Shown piece after piece: positions 1 through 11,557 of a stretch of DNA of 64,000 nt. Within the stretch, counting starts at the first letter, position 1. Each line of letters opens with the position of its first letter. Source of the DNA: Oikopleura dioica (taxonomy: Eukaryota; Animalia; Chordata); assembly GCA_907165135.1 (NCBI GenBank), contig OU015567.1, positions 434,001 to 498,000 on the forward strand, in the 5' to 3' direction. Made by a program: the position numbers and the translations under genes. A model generated the notes under the pieces. That model worked only from the letters and a program-made list of their open reading frames with translations. It made no database searches and had not been told where the DNA came from.

Positions 1-369
1 CACATAAGAATTTTTTGAAATTATCATATCTTTTCGCCACTAAACAATTACCCTCAACAACGCGATTTTTTGGAGGTCTGGCTGGTCGATGTTCGCTTTT
101 AACATCGGGTTCGTGAAGTGTTTCTTTAACATATTGCGAGCCTTTTAATCAAGTTCTTTTTACCTTGAAATTTCCGCGTTGGTAAACATCCTTGAAGTAC
201 TGTTTCATTTTGTCGCTCTGGAAGCGGAAATTCGATGGAAGATCATTACCATTCGCCGCTTCAAAAAGAAGCAAAATTGAAAAAAGTATTTTAGTTTTCT
301 GCATTTGATCGCTCTATTCGGGACTCTATCCTTTTTATTGCTCGTTGTTTCAAGATTCTGTTCATGCAT
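1..369 (-). CDS. Possible uncharacterised spliced gene (5' part), antisense and upstream of the first visible MOCS3 exon
   Basis: The ATG at 369 gives MHEQNLETTSNKKDRVPNRAIK. An AT-rich stretch follows, then an open segment ANGNDLPSNFRFQSDKMKQYFKDVYQRGNFK ending at a GT. No homology recognised. Confidence 0.3.
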
Positions 370-460
370 AACCTCTTATCAGAAGCTCTTAGAGCTGGTG
401 AATAAAGAACAGTCGTTAGTTACAGTAGATTTCCCACCATGACCCCGAAAAAAGCGACAG

Positions 461-1122
461 AAGCGTTGAAAATCCTCGCAGGCATAGAAAACTCTTTGTG
501 CGGAAACATGATAATCTACGACGGTCTCAGGGCATCTACGAGGACAATCAGACTCCGACCGAGAAGGCCAGAGTGCAAGCTTTGCGGAGAAAAGCGAGAA
601 ATTATGGAATTAATCGACTATGTTCAGTTTTGCGGAATGGCGGCGAACGACAAGGATAAAGGCTTGAATTTAGTGCCTCCAAATGAAAGGTGAGTTTTCT
701 AGGGCATCAATAGTAGCGATATTAAAAAAATAAACAATTTTTCAGAATAGAAGTCAAAGAAATAGAAGCGCTGAGAAAACGAGGTGGACTGATTGTCGAT
801 GTAAGAACAGAAGTGCAATTTGAAATGTGCCGTCTTCCTTTTGAAACGTTCAATTTTCCGCTGAAAAAATTGAAAAGAAAACCGGAGCTTCTGGAAGAAA
901 TAATTGAAGAGAGAAAAGCAGAAGAAGTCGTCTTCCTTTGTCGGAAAGGAAACGATTCGCAACTTGCCCAGGTGTTTTGGAAGGAACATACGAATGGTAA
1001 GAAAACTGAGAACAAGAACGATTCTAGCGCTTTTTCGTTTAGGAAAGATGAAAACAAGCGACGTCAAAGGAGGCCTGTACGCTTGGCAGGAAGAAATCGA
1101 CAGTTCCTTTCCTTTGTACTAG
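461..1122 (+). CDS. MOCS3: Adenylyltransferase/sulfurtransferase MOCS3/UBA4, 3' exons only (about 461-689, 746-996, 1043-1122)
   Basis: The ThiF C-terminal part EALKILAG...RPECKLCG...DYVQFCG is followed by a rhodanese domain IVDVRTEVQFEMCRLP...VFLCRKGNDSQ...DVKGGLYAWQEEIDSSFPLY*. The GT-AG introns restore the frame. Confidence 0.9.
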
Positions 1123-1289
1123 ACCGAAATTCTTCAAAATGTTAAAATACATACAATAACCAGATGTTTAAAAAGAAACAAGGCCTTGTTTATTTGCAGG
1201 AAAAAAACTAATTACAGTACAGGCAGATTCTTGTTGAATAATTACACATCATCTTAACAGTAAACTTTGCAGGGAATCGCTCATCCGCA

Positions 1290-1960
1290 CTAAAATGGCA
1301 TTCCAATGTTGTTAAGATGTCTGTTCAGCAGTTTGTTCCACTTTTTCATTCTGTTCACTTGGTGGTTGTTTTTTCGTTGCCCTTTGCAGCTGTCCAAGTA
1401 TCTAGAATCGAGGTTGTAAAGGGGTGAAAAGAAAGGGATGGTGGATTACCGTTGAGCCCATTTTGAAAGTCCCGTCGTAAGTTGTTTGGTTCCAACTCTC
1501 GGGTCAACATTATCCAGTCGTAGATTTTCCTCATCGTCGAATCGTTCTTCTGGACCACCGTGGGGAAGGCTTGGGTCGTAGAAACCACATCTGTCGAACG
1601 CTGATCTACAATCCGACTTTTACCCGATGGAATTAATGTTTCTTTTCTTACCGCATTCTTTGGATGTTCGTGGCGAATTTCATCTTCCAGTTATCCTGTG
1701 AAGGAACGTGATCAAACCACTTATCCAAAAGTTCGTATGAAAATGCCTCTAAAAAACCAGGTAGAGAAAGAAATGAGGCTTTGAGGCTTACCGAGTGTTC
1801 GAAGTCGCGCTTTTGGATGACGATTTGGCACCTTCCTTTGATCGAGGGAATCGTAGCTGCTCTCATCGTAGTTGTACGGCTGGATGCTTGTCAATTCAGT
1901 TGGCAAGGAAGCAGCGTCGAGGCAGACAGCAAGAAGGCCGATTTGCGAAGCGATTTTCAT
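1290..1960 (-). CDS. Secreted helical protein of about 180 aa, 4 exons, probably from a lineage-specific family
   Basis: Signal peptide MKIASQIGLLAVCLDA. Three short GT-AG introns join ...KVPNRHPKARLRTLEAFSYELLDKWFDHVPSQDNWKMKFATNIQRMRSAFDRCGFYDPSLPHGGP...KQLTTGLSKWAQRYLDSCKGQRKNNHQVNRMKKWNKLLNRHL...* without a stop. Confidence 0.8.
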
Positions 1961-2439
1961 ATTTATCGTCTTTTGGACTTTTTCGTTTTTTGTGGATTTG
2001 AATCTATTGATTTGTTGTTGATGGTGTTGCTAGAATCGGGCTTGCTTTTTAAATGTGACTTTGGCGCTGTTGATCTTTGAAAAAATTTGAGAGAGGTCGC
2101 GATTTTCAGAAATTGGCACTTGATCGCGCAAATAATCGGATTCTAGTGAGGAGCTGAGCGGAGGATTAAGGCGATCTTTGGTGAACGTGATGCAAGTGAA
2201 AGAAACTTCTGTACTAGAATTTTTTTGTTCAAAATTTAATTGAAAATTAACAGTTATCGTGGAGTTTAAGTTTATGATGACGTCATTATGTTCTCAGACA
2301 AATTCTTCATGAATAAAAATGCAATGATCTTTGAGAAAGGGATCCAACTCGAAACTAGGTTGAACAATGACCACTTCAAGAATAATCTGTTTTTCTGAAT
2401 ACCAGAAAATCGAATAGAGAAAGATCGGTCAATAGAAGA

Positions 2440-4231
2440 ATGAAGCTTCTACCATCTCTCGCTGGCTTGGCTCTCTCTTTCGAGCAGCCAAAATATGAGG
2501 ATTTTCTCCGATCATTGCAGCAGAAAAGAAGCGGCTGGGGAGCTCCTACTGGGAGAATCGCTGCTCTTTGGTCACTTTGCCCAGCTTTGACGACCCCAGC
2601 AAATGGTCAAGTTGTTTGTGATCAAGCTACTTGTGCTCTTGTTTGCAATCAAGGATTTGTCCCTATCGCAAAGCGTCGAACGAAATGCCGCTGGAACCCG
2701 ACAAAGAGTTTTTTCTGGAAGCGACAATTGGGCGCTTGCGAAACTTGCGAAACCGATCTTGCCGCCCCTCCAGCTGGGGTGACTGTGACTTGCGGCTTCA
2801 ACGCATTGAATAAGAAGAAATGCACTTATAAGTGCGAAAACGGCGAAGAACTGCAAACAGCAAGTGGAAGTTTTAAGCAATTTACTGCGCTCTGTGCTTG
2901 TCCAAGATGGAACAATCGCATCTGTGGCTGGAACGCGAGAAAACTCGGTGGAATGATTACTGATGTTGAGATTGCTGCTCTTTCCTGCCCGGCTGTGGCA
3001 ACTACAACAGCTGCTCCACCAGCATCAACAACTCTTGAACCACCGGTCTCGACGACAGCTGCTCCTCCTGCTTCAACAACCGCTCCACCAGTTTCATCAA
3101 CCGCACCAGCATCAACGACGGCAGCACCATCAGCCTCGACAACCACTGCGCCACCTGCTTCTACAACAGCAGCACCACCAGCATCAACAACAGCTGCTCC
3201 TGCATCTTCGACAGCGGCACCATCAACAACTGCAGCTCCGCCAGCTTCATCCACAACTGGAGCACCTTCTTCCACTGCACCACCGGAAGTTTTCGAAGCC
3301 TTAACTGACGAGATTGATCCATCACTAACAACATGCTCCGGAGGTCGAACAATAGAAAAGATCATCGGAGGAACCGGCTTGATAACTGGTCAGGCTGATT
3401 GGCCATGGCTTGCTCGACTTTTGAGAACAAAGACCGACAACACTCAGACAATTTGCGGAGGGTCGATCATTGAGGATAAATGGGTTCTTACAGGAAGGTT
3501 TTAAAAAAATTGTTCTATGAAAGCAAGCTCAACTTCTGATTCATGAAATTTTAAACCCCAAAAAGCCGCCCATTGCTGCACCGATGCAACACAAATTGAT
3601 GCCACTTTCAACGATTTCTCGATCTCTTCACCCGAAACTGGCGAATACACCCTAACAGTTACTCCTGCTCAAATTTTCATCCACGATGATTATTGGGACA
3701 GTAGCGATGGTAGCTCACAAAACATGGATCTCTGCCTCCTTAAATTCAACGAAAATATCCTTTCTGCTGGAACTGGCACTGCTAAAGTTTGTCTGTCTGA
3801 CTCTTATCCTGAAGGTAAGACAAGTTTTCTAAAGAAAGGAATACACGTTTTCAGGCGGGAAAGCTTGCTGGATCGCTGGTTGGGGATTGATCGAAGACGG
3901 AGGTACTGCAGCTTCGGATCAGCTTAAAAGTGTTGGAGTCAATATCCTCAGCCAAAGCTACTGTCTCCAAAACACCATCCACAATTTCTTATTCGCCGAC
4001 GACATCTGTGTGGGCTCTCCAGACACGACAGGCAACAACCTGATAGACGGTGGCATCGGCGCTTGCCAAGGTGACTCTGGCGGACCTCTCGTTTGCGACG
4101 TCAATGGTGCAGCGACGTTGATGGGAGTAACGAGCAGGGGAAACGTTTGTGGCGGAGAAGGTCAGCCTTCTTTGTACACTTCGATTTCTACCGACGACTG
4201 GATTTCTACGACTATTGCTGCAAATCCTTGA
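2440..4231 (+). CDS. Secreted trypsin-like (S1) serine protease with Cys-rich (sushi-like) modules and a Thr/Ala/Pro mucin stalk; exons 2440-3493, 3566-3814, 3855-4231
   Basis: Signal peptide and IIGG activation site. The catalytic triad appears as WVLTAAHCC (across a GA-AG intron), DLCLL and GDSGGPLVC. AATAAA follows the stop. Confidence 0.92.
2998..3282 (+). repeat. Coding low-complexity repeat (TTAAPPAS)n, mucin-like linker
   Basis: About 10 degenerate TTAAPPAS units in the protease ORF. Confidence 0.85.
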
Positions 4232-4380
4232 TCAAGACAAATAAACGTTTATTCCGTCTTTTTTTATTTGAAAAGTTGAAAAGAATTGTCAATCAGAAAA
4301 GGAAGGACTTGAAATTACCATAACGACCAGAACTCTTTTTTTTTAAATCATTCAAAACTCAAGCAGCTTTTAGAAAAAAA

Positions 4381-6004
4381 ATGTTCAACGGAAGGTGGAA
4401 CAGAGTGCAGACTGATACAGTTGATCAGCTCGAAAATGTGCTTGGCATTTCTAAAAACCCGAAATTGGTGAAAGAATCAATGAGAGAATCGTTAGAAGAA
4501 TACTTGAAGGCTAAGTTGACTACGATCATTCATCAAGATGGTGTTGATTTTGGAATAACAAGGCGATACATTTTTGAAAATGATGAGGATGAAGTTGAAG
4601 AGCAAATTACTGGTGAGTTCAATAAAGTTTGATAATTTGTCTTTCTGAAAAATAAATACGGCATTGCGGACAGCTCGAGTTTTGAGTTGTAAGAATGTTT
4701 TTTAAACATTTATTACAAAACTGATGACCGCATGAAGAAAGACAACATTTGTGATTTTTGTTTGAATTGAATTCTAAAAAGCAAATTTGGCACTCACCAG
4801 CTTCACTCCACAATTTTTTTTGTTTGTTCTTTGGGGTATTTAGCTGGAGAATCATTTTGTCTTGAAGATCTATTTTGTTTTTCAGAAATTCTGTTTCTTT
4901 CTCTTTGTCACGAATACGTTCTTGAAGCGATCTTATTGTTGACAAATGTTTTATTTCGCTTTCAACTCTTCGTTGAAGCTCTTCATTTTTTTCAGTCAAC
5001 TGCCTGATAGATTTATTTCGCTTTTGAATCGCAGTATGGAGTGAAGTTATTTCTTGTTTTTGACTCCGAACACGTTTTTCATTCAAAAAATTACGGTCGT
5101 CTAAACGTTTCAGGTGAATGTTCGCCATGTTTGCCAAATGAAGATATCGGAATTTTAGGAATTCAAGCATAATTGCGGGATTTTCATCAATAAGAACCCA
5201 TAAATTTATCTTCTTTTCTTCGAATTCTTCAGAATCTTTTAAGGTTACATATTTTTCAGCATAACCAACCAACGTATGAGCATGAACCATGGAGTGCTTA
5301 ATTTTAGACAACTGGTTTTCTATGAGTTGAGCAGAAAAATTCAATCTTCTGGGTCGTTCATCATGACTTGGTTGAAGATTCAATGCCTCAGCCAATTGAG
5401 CAATTTTTTGAGGGACGAGAATTTGTTTGAGAATTCTTTCAGCGTTATCTTTAAAAAAAATAATCATTTCATTATCTCCCAAAAATATAATTGACATACG
5501 CGTTTTCGCGCTACACTTACTTTGACACGGATGTTCTGCAACAAAACATAGCCAGTTCAAATGATGGATATTCCCTGACCCAAACTTATGCAGTGCACAT
5601 TTAAAAACAATCGATTTTCCAGTGTTTGAGCAAATCGGCCGAAGAGGATTGAACCCAAGCTTTGCTGAAGCCGAATCACTTTCATAGCGATCATCTTTAT
5701 CCAGAGCTTCGATATCATAGTTTTTCTTTATCCATTTCTCTTCGTACGTATCCATTTTTGTACAAATCAATTTTCAGATTTCAAATTTGGGGAAAATAAA
5801 CTGACAATCAACGAGCGTTCAATTTCTGGCTCTTTCACACCTTGCATCAACGGACTGCAAATAAACGGCAACGAAGGCCCTCTAAAAGTCACCTACAAAA
5901 TTCAAGAAGGCAAACTAATCGAGATCCTGACCGGCAACGGCTTCAACTTCAAACAAATCTCCGAGGAAGAGCCGAAAGATTTCACTCTGTTTATGCACCG
6001 CTAA
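4381..6004 (+). CDS. FABP/calycin-like beta-barrel protein, two exons (4381-4612, 5778-6004)
   Basis: FABP-like start MFNGRWNRV...ENVLGI. The donor G|GTGAGT at 4613 and acceptor TTTTCAG at 5777 join in frame to DFKFGENKLTINER...KVTYKIQEGKLIEILTGNG...HR*. AATAAA follows. Confidence 0.65.
4619..5755 (-). CDS. Intronless coiled-coil + C-terminal C3HC4 RING finger protein (putative E3 ligase), nested in the FABP-like intron
   Basis: 378-codon ORF from the ATG at 5755. Coiled coil QEITSLHTAIQKRNKSIRQL.... RING CQICFLEF...CLSSCGHQFCNKCL...CPQCR. Confidence 0.85.
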   Translation of the reverse strand: MDTYEEKWIKKNYDIEALDKDDRYESDSASAKLGFNPLRPICSNTGKSIVFKCALHKFGSGNIHHLNWLCFVAEHPCQSKCSAKTRMSIIFLGDNEMIIFFKDNAERILKQILVPQKIAQLAEALNLQPSHDERPRRLNFSAQLIENQLSKIKHSMVHAHTLVGYAEKYVTLKDSEEFEEKKINLWVLIDENPAIMLEFLKFRYLHLANMANIHLKRLDDRNFLNEKRVRSQKQEITSLHTAIQKRNKSIRQLTEKNEELQRRVESEIKHLSTIRSLQERIRDKEKETEFLKNKIDLQDKMILQLNTPKNKQKKLWSEAGECQICFLEFNSNKNHKCCLSSCGHQFCNKCLKNILTTQNSSCPQCRIYFSERQIIKLY

Positions 6005-7505
6005 ATCAAGTCTAAATAAACTCAACGCGCTCTAGAAGCGAAATTCTCAAGAAATCAAAAATTTGCACTTGATTGATTGATTCGAGTTGAGTGACGAGAA
6101 CCGCTCTTTTTTAGAACTTGTTTCTTGGTCAAATGTTTATTCGAAAATAATTTCAAAAAGTGATTTTAAAGAGCATGTAATTGGCGTTTTTTAGAAAGTT
6201 CTTCGGTTCTTCTTGATTTTCTTTCGTTTTTTCTTCACTTCTTTTTGGATCTTTCGGAGGCCGCATTCAGTTTCTTCTTCTTCATCATCCGTTTCCATAT
6301 CTTCTTGCGGCTGTCGATTGATTCTTTCACTTGGGGGTCCGACGAAGAAAGCGAGAATATTGTAAGTTGGGATCCAGAGAAGTAGAGACACTGTTGAGCA
6401 AATTACTAACAAAACTTGTTAAAGAAGAAAAGAGAATCTTTTTTGAAAACTGCCATCTACTTAGACGTTCAGGCCATTTTTTATAAAACATTTTATTATG
6501 ATTTTCTTATCATAAAATTTTAAAGATATCATATCTTCAAATTGAGAATTTGAGGCTTTTATCGGTGACTAGTTGTCAATTTTCAAAATGAGCTCCAATT
6601 TTATCAAAATACCGAATCGAAGGAACTGATAAGACTTCTCTTGAATTCCCAAAACGGCGTAGAGACCATTTTCTTTCTTGAAAGCAGAATTTGTCAAGAA
6701 AAATAGACTGCTTTGGTACATCACTTTTCATTGGTTTCTCAACCCTTCTTTTATCCTTTGAGAAAAAAAAGAAAACCATTCCTTTAGTGAGAACAGCGCA
6801 TTTCTGGTACCATTCCATGGAATCAGCATTTTCCGTGTTCACATAACTTTGATCGACGATATCTTCCAAAACGCGCAAAACAAGTCTTTTCGCTTTCCGG
6901 ATTTTTTGATTTCTCTGCTCTCGTTGCTTTCTTTTATCTGCTTCTTCGCACTTTGCTAAAAAGGCGAGGCATTCTTTGTTGATTTCATAAAGTTCGTAGT
7001 TGTGATAGTAGTGCCGCATTCTCATTTTGAATCTTTTAAAATAAAAAAAAAAGCTTTTTTTGACTGTTTCTAGAGAACATTTCATTTTATGCCAAAGTCA
7101 GTCGATCAATGAAAAAAGCCGGCTAACGAAAATGTCCATTACGATATGATTACAGTTGTGCTAAAGCAGATGCCTAAAAATGGTAAAAACTTGCTCTTTT
7201 CCCGAAAAAGGCCATTTTAAATTAATTGACGTCGATTCGGTACTTGGCATTCTTTCCTATCAAGCATTTCAAAGCACCGGACATGCTAATAAAAATCTAG
7301 GAGAAGAAAGCAAAAGAAAAAAAAATACTGACAGTAGATTGCAGCTCAACCAGAAAAGTGAGATATAAATGAATTATACGAGCAGAAAGCTTATAAAATT
7401 TAATTATTTCAATCAAAAAGAAATTTTTGAGCAGAATCATCTCATCAGATTTTCTGAGGATGAGAAACAGCGTCGAAGGGGCGCGCACGAGGATCCTACT
7501 CTACC

Positions 7506-7843
7506 CTTAAGTTGCAGATTCTCGAATTTTGTTGTGTCCGATTCGGCGAGAAGACGGCAAGAGGAGAATGGGTCGCTGCGAGATAAGAGATCATAAGAGC
7601 TGAAATAATTGGTCTTAATTAAATAAAGATCAAACTGTTATCTGATGTGTGTGTCAAACTAGAACACACGCAGAATCATCAAAACCGCGATTCTCCTGAA
7701 CTTACCATACATGATCTCTACAACAGCAGATGGCGAAAATCCTTCCACAAACTTCTTCAAGTTTGAAAATGCAGTTTTTCGTTGCGAACTCGATTTCGTG
7801 ACGAAACGCGAAATGACGGGCGACGGGACTTTCTTTATCCAAA
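7506..7843 (-). pseudogene. Near-identical partial duplicate (exon end-intron-exon start) of the F-box gene segment 9619-9955
   Basis: About 337 bp direct copy with only a few substitutions. No flanking F-box exons. Confidence 0.85.
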
Positions 7844-7855
7844 AAGAAAATTCAG

Positions 7856-8948
7856 TTTGACGCTCGTCGCGGGTTCAGTTACCTTTCCGACATTGCTCTT
7901 GACGATGTAATGCTTCGAAACGAAGAGTGCCAGAAGATCCCGATTGCCGGGACCACCGCGAGTCCGAATAAAGTGGCGGCGATGGCGACTTTTTCGCCAA
8001 GTTATACGCAAAAACCGACGGCGAGGACGACAACGAGGAGTGTCAAGCCGGCGGATTTGGAGCGAATTAATTATCGAAAAGAGCGATTTCTGGGTTTGAA
8101 AAGGAAGAAGGATTTGATTTCATTTCTTTTCTAGCGGTGGAAATTGCTGATGGAGATCATCGAATCACGTGCGGAAATTCTAGAGGCGCGCAAGGAGATC
8201 ATTTAACCGGCGAATTTTACCATTCAAAAATCGGTTCAAAAATCATCGCAAAAAATTTTAAGAAAACTGGCCTTGAACCAAATCAAGAAATAAAATCTGC
8301 TGCGATGGGGCGCTTTGGAAACTTTCTGCCGGCACTGAATGTTGCGGAAAGAAGCCATTTTTTCCAAGGAAACAAATCTGCTGTGGATCCAAGATTCTCA
8401 AAAAGGTAAAATATGAGTAGAAAAATGCTGATTTCTGAATCAGAAAACGAATGGCTGCTGCGCTGGAAACTCGTTTCTCAAGGCCAAGAGCTTCTGCTGC
8501 GGCGATGAGTTGCGCTCAAGGAAGACGGAATTGACCAGATGCTGTGGGAAGAATAAGAAAGTTTTCGACCCAAGGCAGGGGGAGAAATGCTGCGCAAATG
8601 GAAAAGTAGCGTCGAGCGGGGAAAAGTGCTGCGGAATGGCAATTATCCGGTCCGAGGATTTTTGCTGTAGTGGTTTGGCGGAAACGACAGCGAATGGGAT
8701 CATTTACGATCCTGATTCTAGTGTTTGCTGCAGGACGAGATCTCGTGGGGTGTTTTTAATGACAAAAGGTTGAGAGAAACAAGCTGAACATTGTTCAGTG
8801 AACAACGTCTGCTTTTTGTGTCTAGAAAGGTCGATTTTTGGTTAATTCAAATTTTTCAGAGGACGAAAATGATGCCTGCTGCAATGGAAAAATCTTCAAC
8901 AGCTTGGAATCTACCTGCTCGAGAGGCGTAATTATTGATGACGCGTGA
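7856..8948 (+). CDS. MAM-domain C-terminus + Thr-rich linker + galaxin-like di-cysteine repeats; the 5' part is not found in the window
   Basis: After the acceptor TTCAG (7855) the frame reads FDARRGFSYLSDIALDDVMLRNEEC, a MAM C-terminal motif. Later exons contain about 10 CC repeats (KICCDG, TECCG, QICCG, NGCCAG, FCCGD, RCCGK, KCCAN, KCCGM, FCCSG, SVCCR, DACCNG). The junction near 8260-8300 is unresolved. Confidence 0.7.
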
Positions 8949-9291
8949 AAAGAGAACCTGTCAAAAAGAATATTTCTTCTCCGCCTTTGAATTTTATGAT
9001 TTCAAATAAAAAAATAAAAGAAATAAACTTCCTCTTTCCAGATCCAAAAGAATCTTTTCTTTTTCGAATATTTCTCAAATCTTCCTTTTTTGAAATTTTA
9101 CTTCCTCTTTCCAGATCCACAAGAATCTTTCTCAAAGAAATCTTTAAAAAATATCTCTTCGAAGAAAAAAATTGAATTTCACTAAATAATTAATTTTTTA
9201 ACTTAAAATAATAAAACGTTCAACGAGCTCAAAATGTGTTCATGATGAACTCAAGGTACAGCTACAGTCGTTTTCTAGTATGCTTGTTTTG

Positions 9292-11451
9292 TCAGACATT
9301 TTCTGGCAGAAGTTGAACGGGCTTGTGTTTTTGGAAGAACTGGGGCAGGCATGTATTCGTACAAAACGGAGCACTGGCTCCTAAAAGAAAGTTGATTTTT
9401 GGAAGGGAAATTTGGTCGAACCTTGAATGAATCATTGTCGGATAAAAAGTCGCGTTCTGGTCGTCAATTTCTTTCGGAATTCGAATTCCAGCATTTGGCT
9501 TGAATCGGCATTTTTCCTTCTCGAACCAGACGCGGTACCAATTTCCGAAATCGCTCCGGAAGAACTGCTCTGATCGCTTTGTCGGCTGGACTGCGAAGTC
9601 GATCCCTTCGGCTGGAAGCTTAAGTTGCAGATTCTCGAATTTTGTTGTGTCCGATTCGGCGAGAAGACGGCAAGAGGAGAATGGGTCGCTGCGAGATAAG
9701 AGATCATAAGAGCTGAAATAATTGCTTTAATTAAATAATGATCAAACTGTTATCTGATGTGTGTGTCAAACTAGAACACAAGCAGAATCATCAAAACCGC
9801 GATTCTCCTGAACTTACCATACATGATCTGTACAACAGCAGATGGCGAAAATCCTTCCACAAACTTCTTCAAGTTTGAAAATGCAGTTTTTCGTTGCGAA
9901 CTCGATTTCGTGACGAAACGCGAAATGACGGGCGACGGGACTTTCTTTATCCAAAGTAACGACGTGGAAGAAGTTCCTTTTGATGATTTTAAAAATCGAA
10001 AAAGTTTTAAAATAACACCTGCGCTTTTCTGAGACAACAAAGACTTTGTCATTGAGCCTTTTTATCCCGTGAGGAGATGAAAGAAGCTCATCTATCTTGA
10101 GATATTCTTCGAGTTGCCTTCCGTCTTTGGCTGAGTAAAATGTCAGAAAGGCTGGAGTAAACTCGTCGATCCAGTCATCCGCTTCTTCAAACGCGAAAAA
10201 ATGAGTCTCATTTTCAACAAAGAAACCGCGGAAATTGATGACGCTCTGGCTCGTTCGATGGACCTGAAAGACTTCAATAAAACAGTAGTTTTTCATACTA
10301 CTTATTGAACGGTCTAGATGATATTTTGAAAAGATAAAAAACTGAGATAATTTTAATTTCAAAGCAATAGCCATGAAGCTGCTAAGCAGACATTCATACT
10401 GCATCAGATCATTTTTCTCAATTGATCGACAAAACTCGTGATCTGCCAGACAACAACCTTTGAACAGAAGAGCGCAGAAGGAAAACGAACCTTCACACTA
10501 ACGTCCCGGTCTCGTTGCATGTCGACAACGACCACAACGCCAATACAACCCAAATAGACAGCCACGAATTTTGCACAAATTTGAACATCGCCGAGAATCG
10601 GAATATCGTCGTCAAAAATGTCAAAGTTGCTCAAGTCCAAAGCGACGGTCCTCGTTGGCGGTCGACGCCAAATCGGCCCTATTTCGCTCGAAGAAGGTGA
10701 TTTTGTCGGTTCCGCCGCTAAAAAAGTTTTTCCATTTCCATTTCGATCAATCTTTTTTCACCTAGATTCCAAGTATAGACAGTCAGCTTTGGGAGCCGAT
10801 TGAAAAACGCCGCGGCGGCCAAATCTTTTTCAATCCGAATTTGCGCTGGAAACTTTGGCGAGTCGAAAAGATTTACATCTTCCAGATGATCAACGGAGTC
10901 GACCGAATGATCGGGGTTTCCGGTGTCAAGCGTGACGATAATCGGATCAGTATTTTTCGTGTGGGCTAGTCGCATCTGAACTGTTTTTCTGAAGAAAACG
11001 TTCGAATATCCAGAGGAGCCAGTTTTACCTTCCATGAACTCAAGAATAGCAGTCGGCGATCTCATCCCATGCCGAATCGCGCCTCGATGGAGACGGGCCC
11101 AAAGTGGCTCAGATTTTCGCAAAAGATAGGCGATTCGGCCAACTGCGGTTCTATCGGCGATCGTTTTTAACCGCGTACAGGTTGTCCTGAAAACATGAAA
11201 TTGGAGAATGTAAGACGTGAAAATAGGGCTCCTTTTCGGCAATAGCCTCAATAAACCGCAATTAATTACGATTTAAGAGCCTCCAATAAACATTGAATTG
11301 GCTTTGAAATGACGAAAATGAATTCTACACATTTTGATGATAACCTTCCTCACCCGAATTGACGTAGTTCTTCTCCCGGCAAGTAGCAGCTAATGCCGCA
11401 CAAGAGCTCCGGTGGCAACGAAAAGAGGCTGGTTTCCACTTCTTTTTCCAT
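9292..11451 (-). CDS. F-box protein, multi-exon
   Basis: The ATG at 11451 gives MEKEVETSLFSLPPELLCGISCYLPGEELRQFG, which splices to TTCTRLKTIAD...EPLWARL (F-box consensus). Downstream GT-AG introns keep the frame. The 3' end is approximate. Confidence 0.75.
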
Positions 11452-11557
11452 CTTTTTCTTCCTGAAACGAAAATTTGACGCTTTCTTGAATCAGGGGAAA
11501 TTTGAATGAAGAAAACAGGGCGAATTCGACAGTATTCGAGAGCAGGAAAAATGACGA

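Noticed and set aside
2150-2200. GCTGAGCGGAGGATTAAGGCG resembling a tRNA D-arm
   Set aside because: No T-arm or acceptor stem. No tRNA, rRNA or SL RNA gene was recognised anywhere in the window.
2826-3365. 179-aa Val/Gly/Ala ORF (-) and Gln/His/Leu ORF 2963-3304 (+)
   Set aside because: Antisense and shifted-frame shadows of the protease mucin repeat.
6191-7085. Minus-strand ORFs of 73 and 169 aa
   Set aside because: Low-complexity and Lys-rich, with no recognisable motif or consistent splice model. They may be real but cannot be supported.
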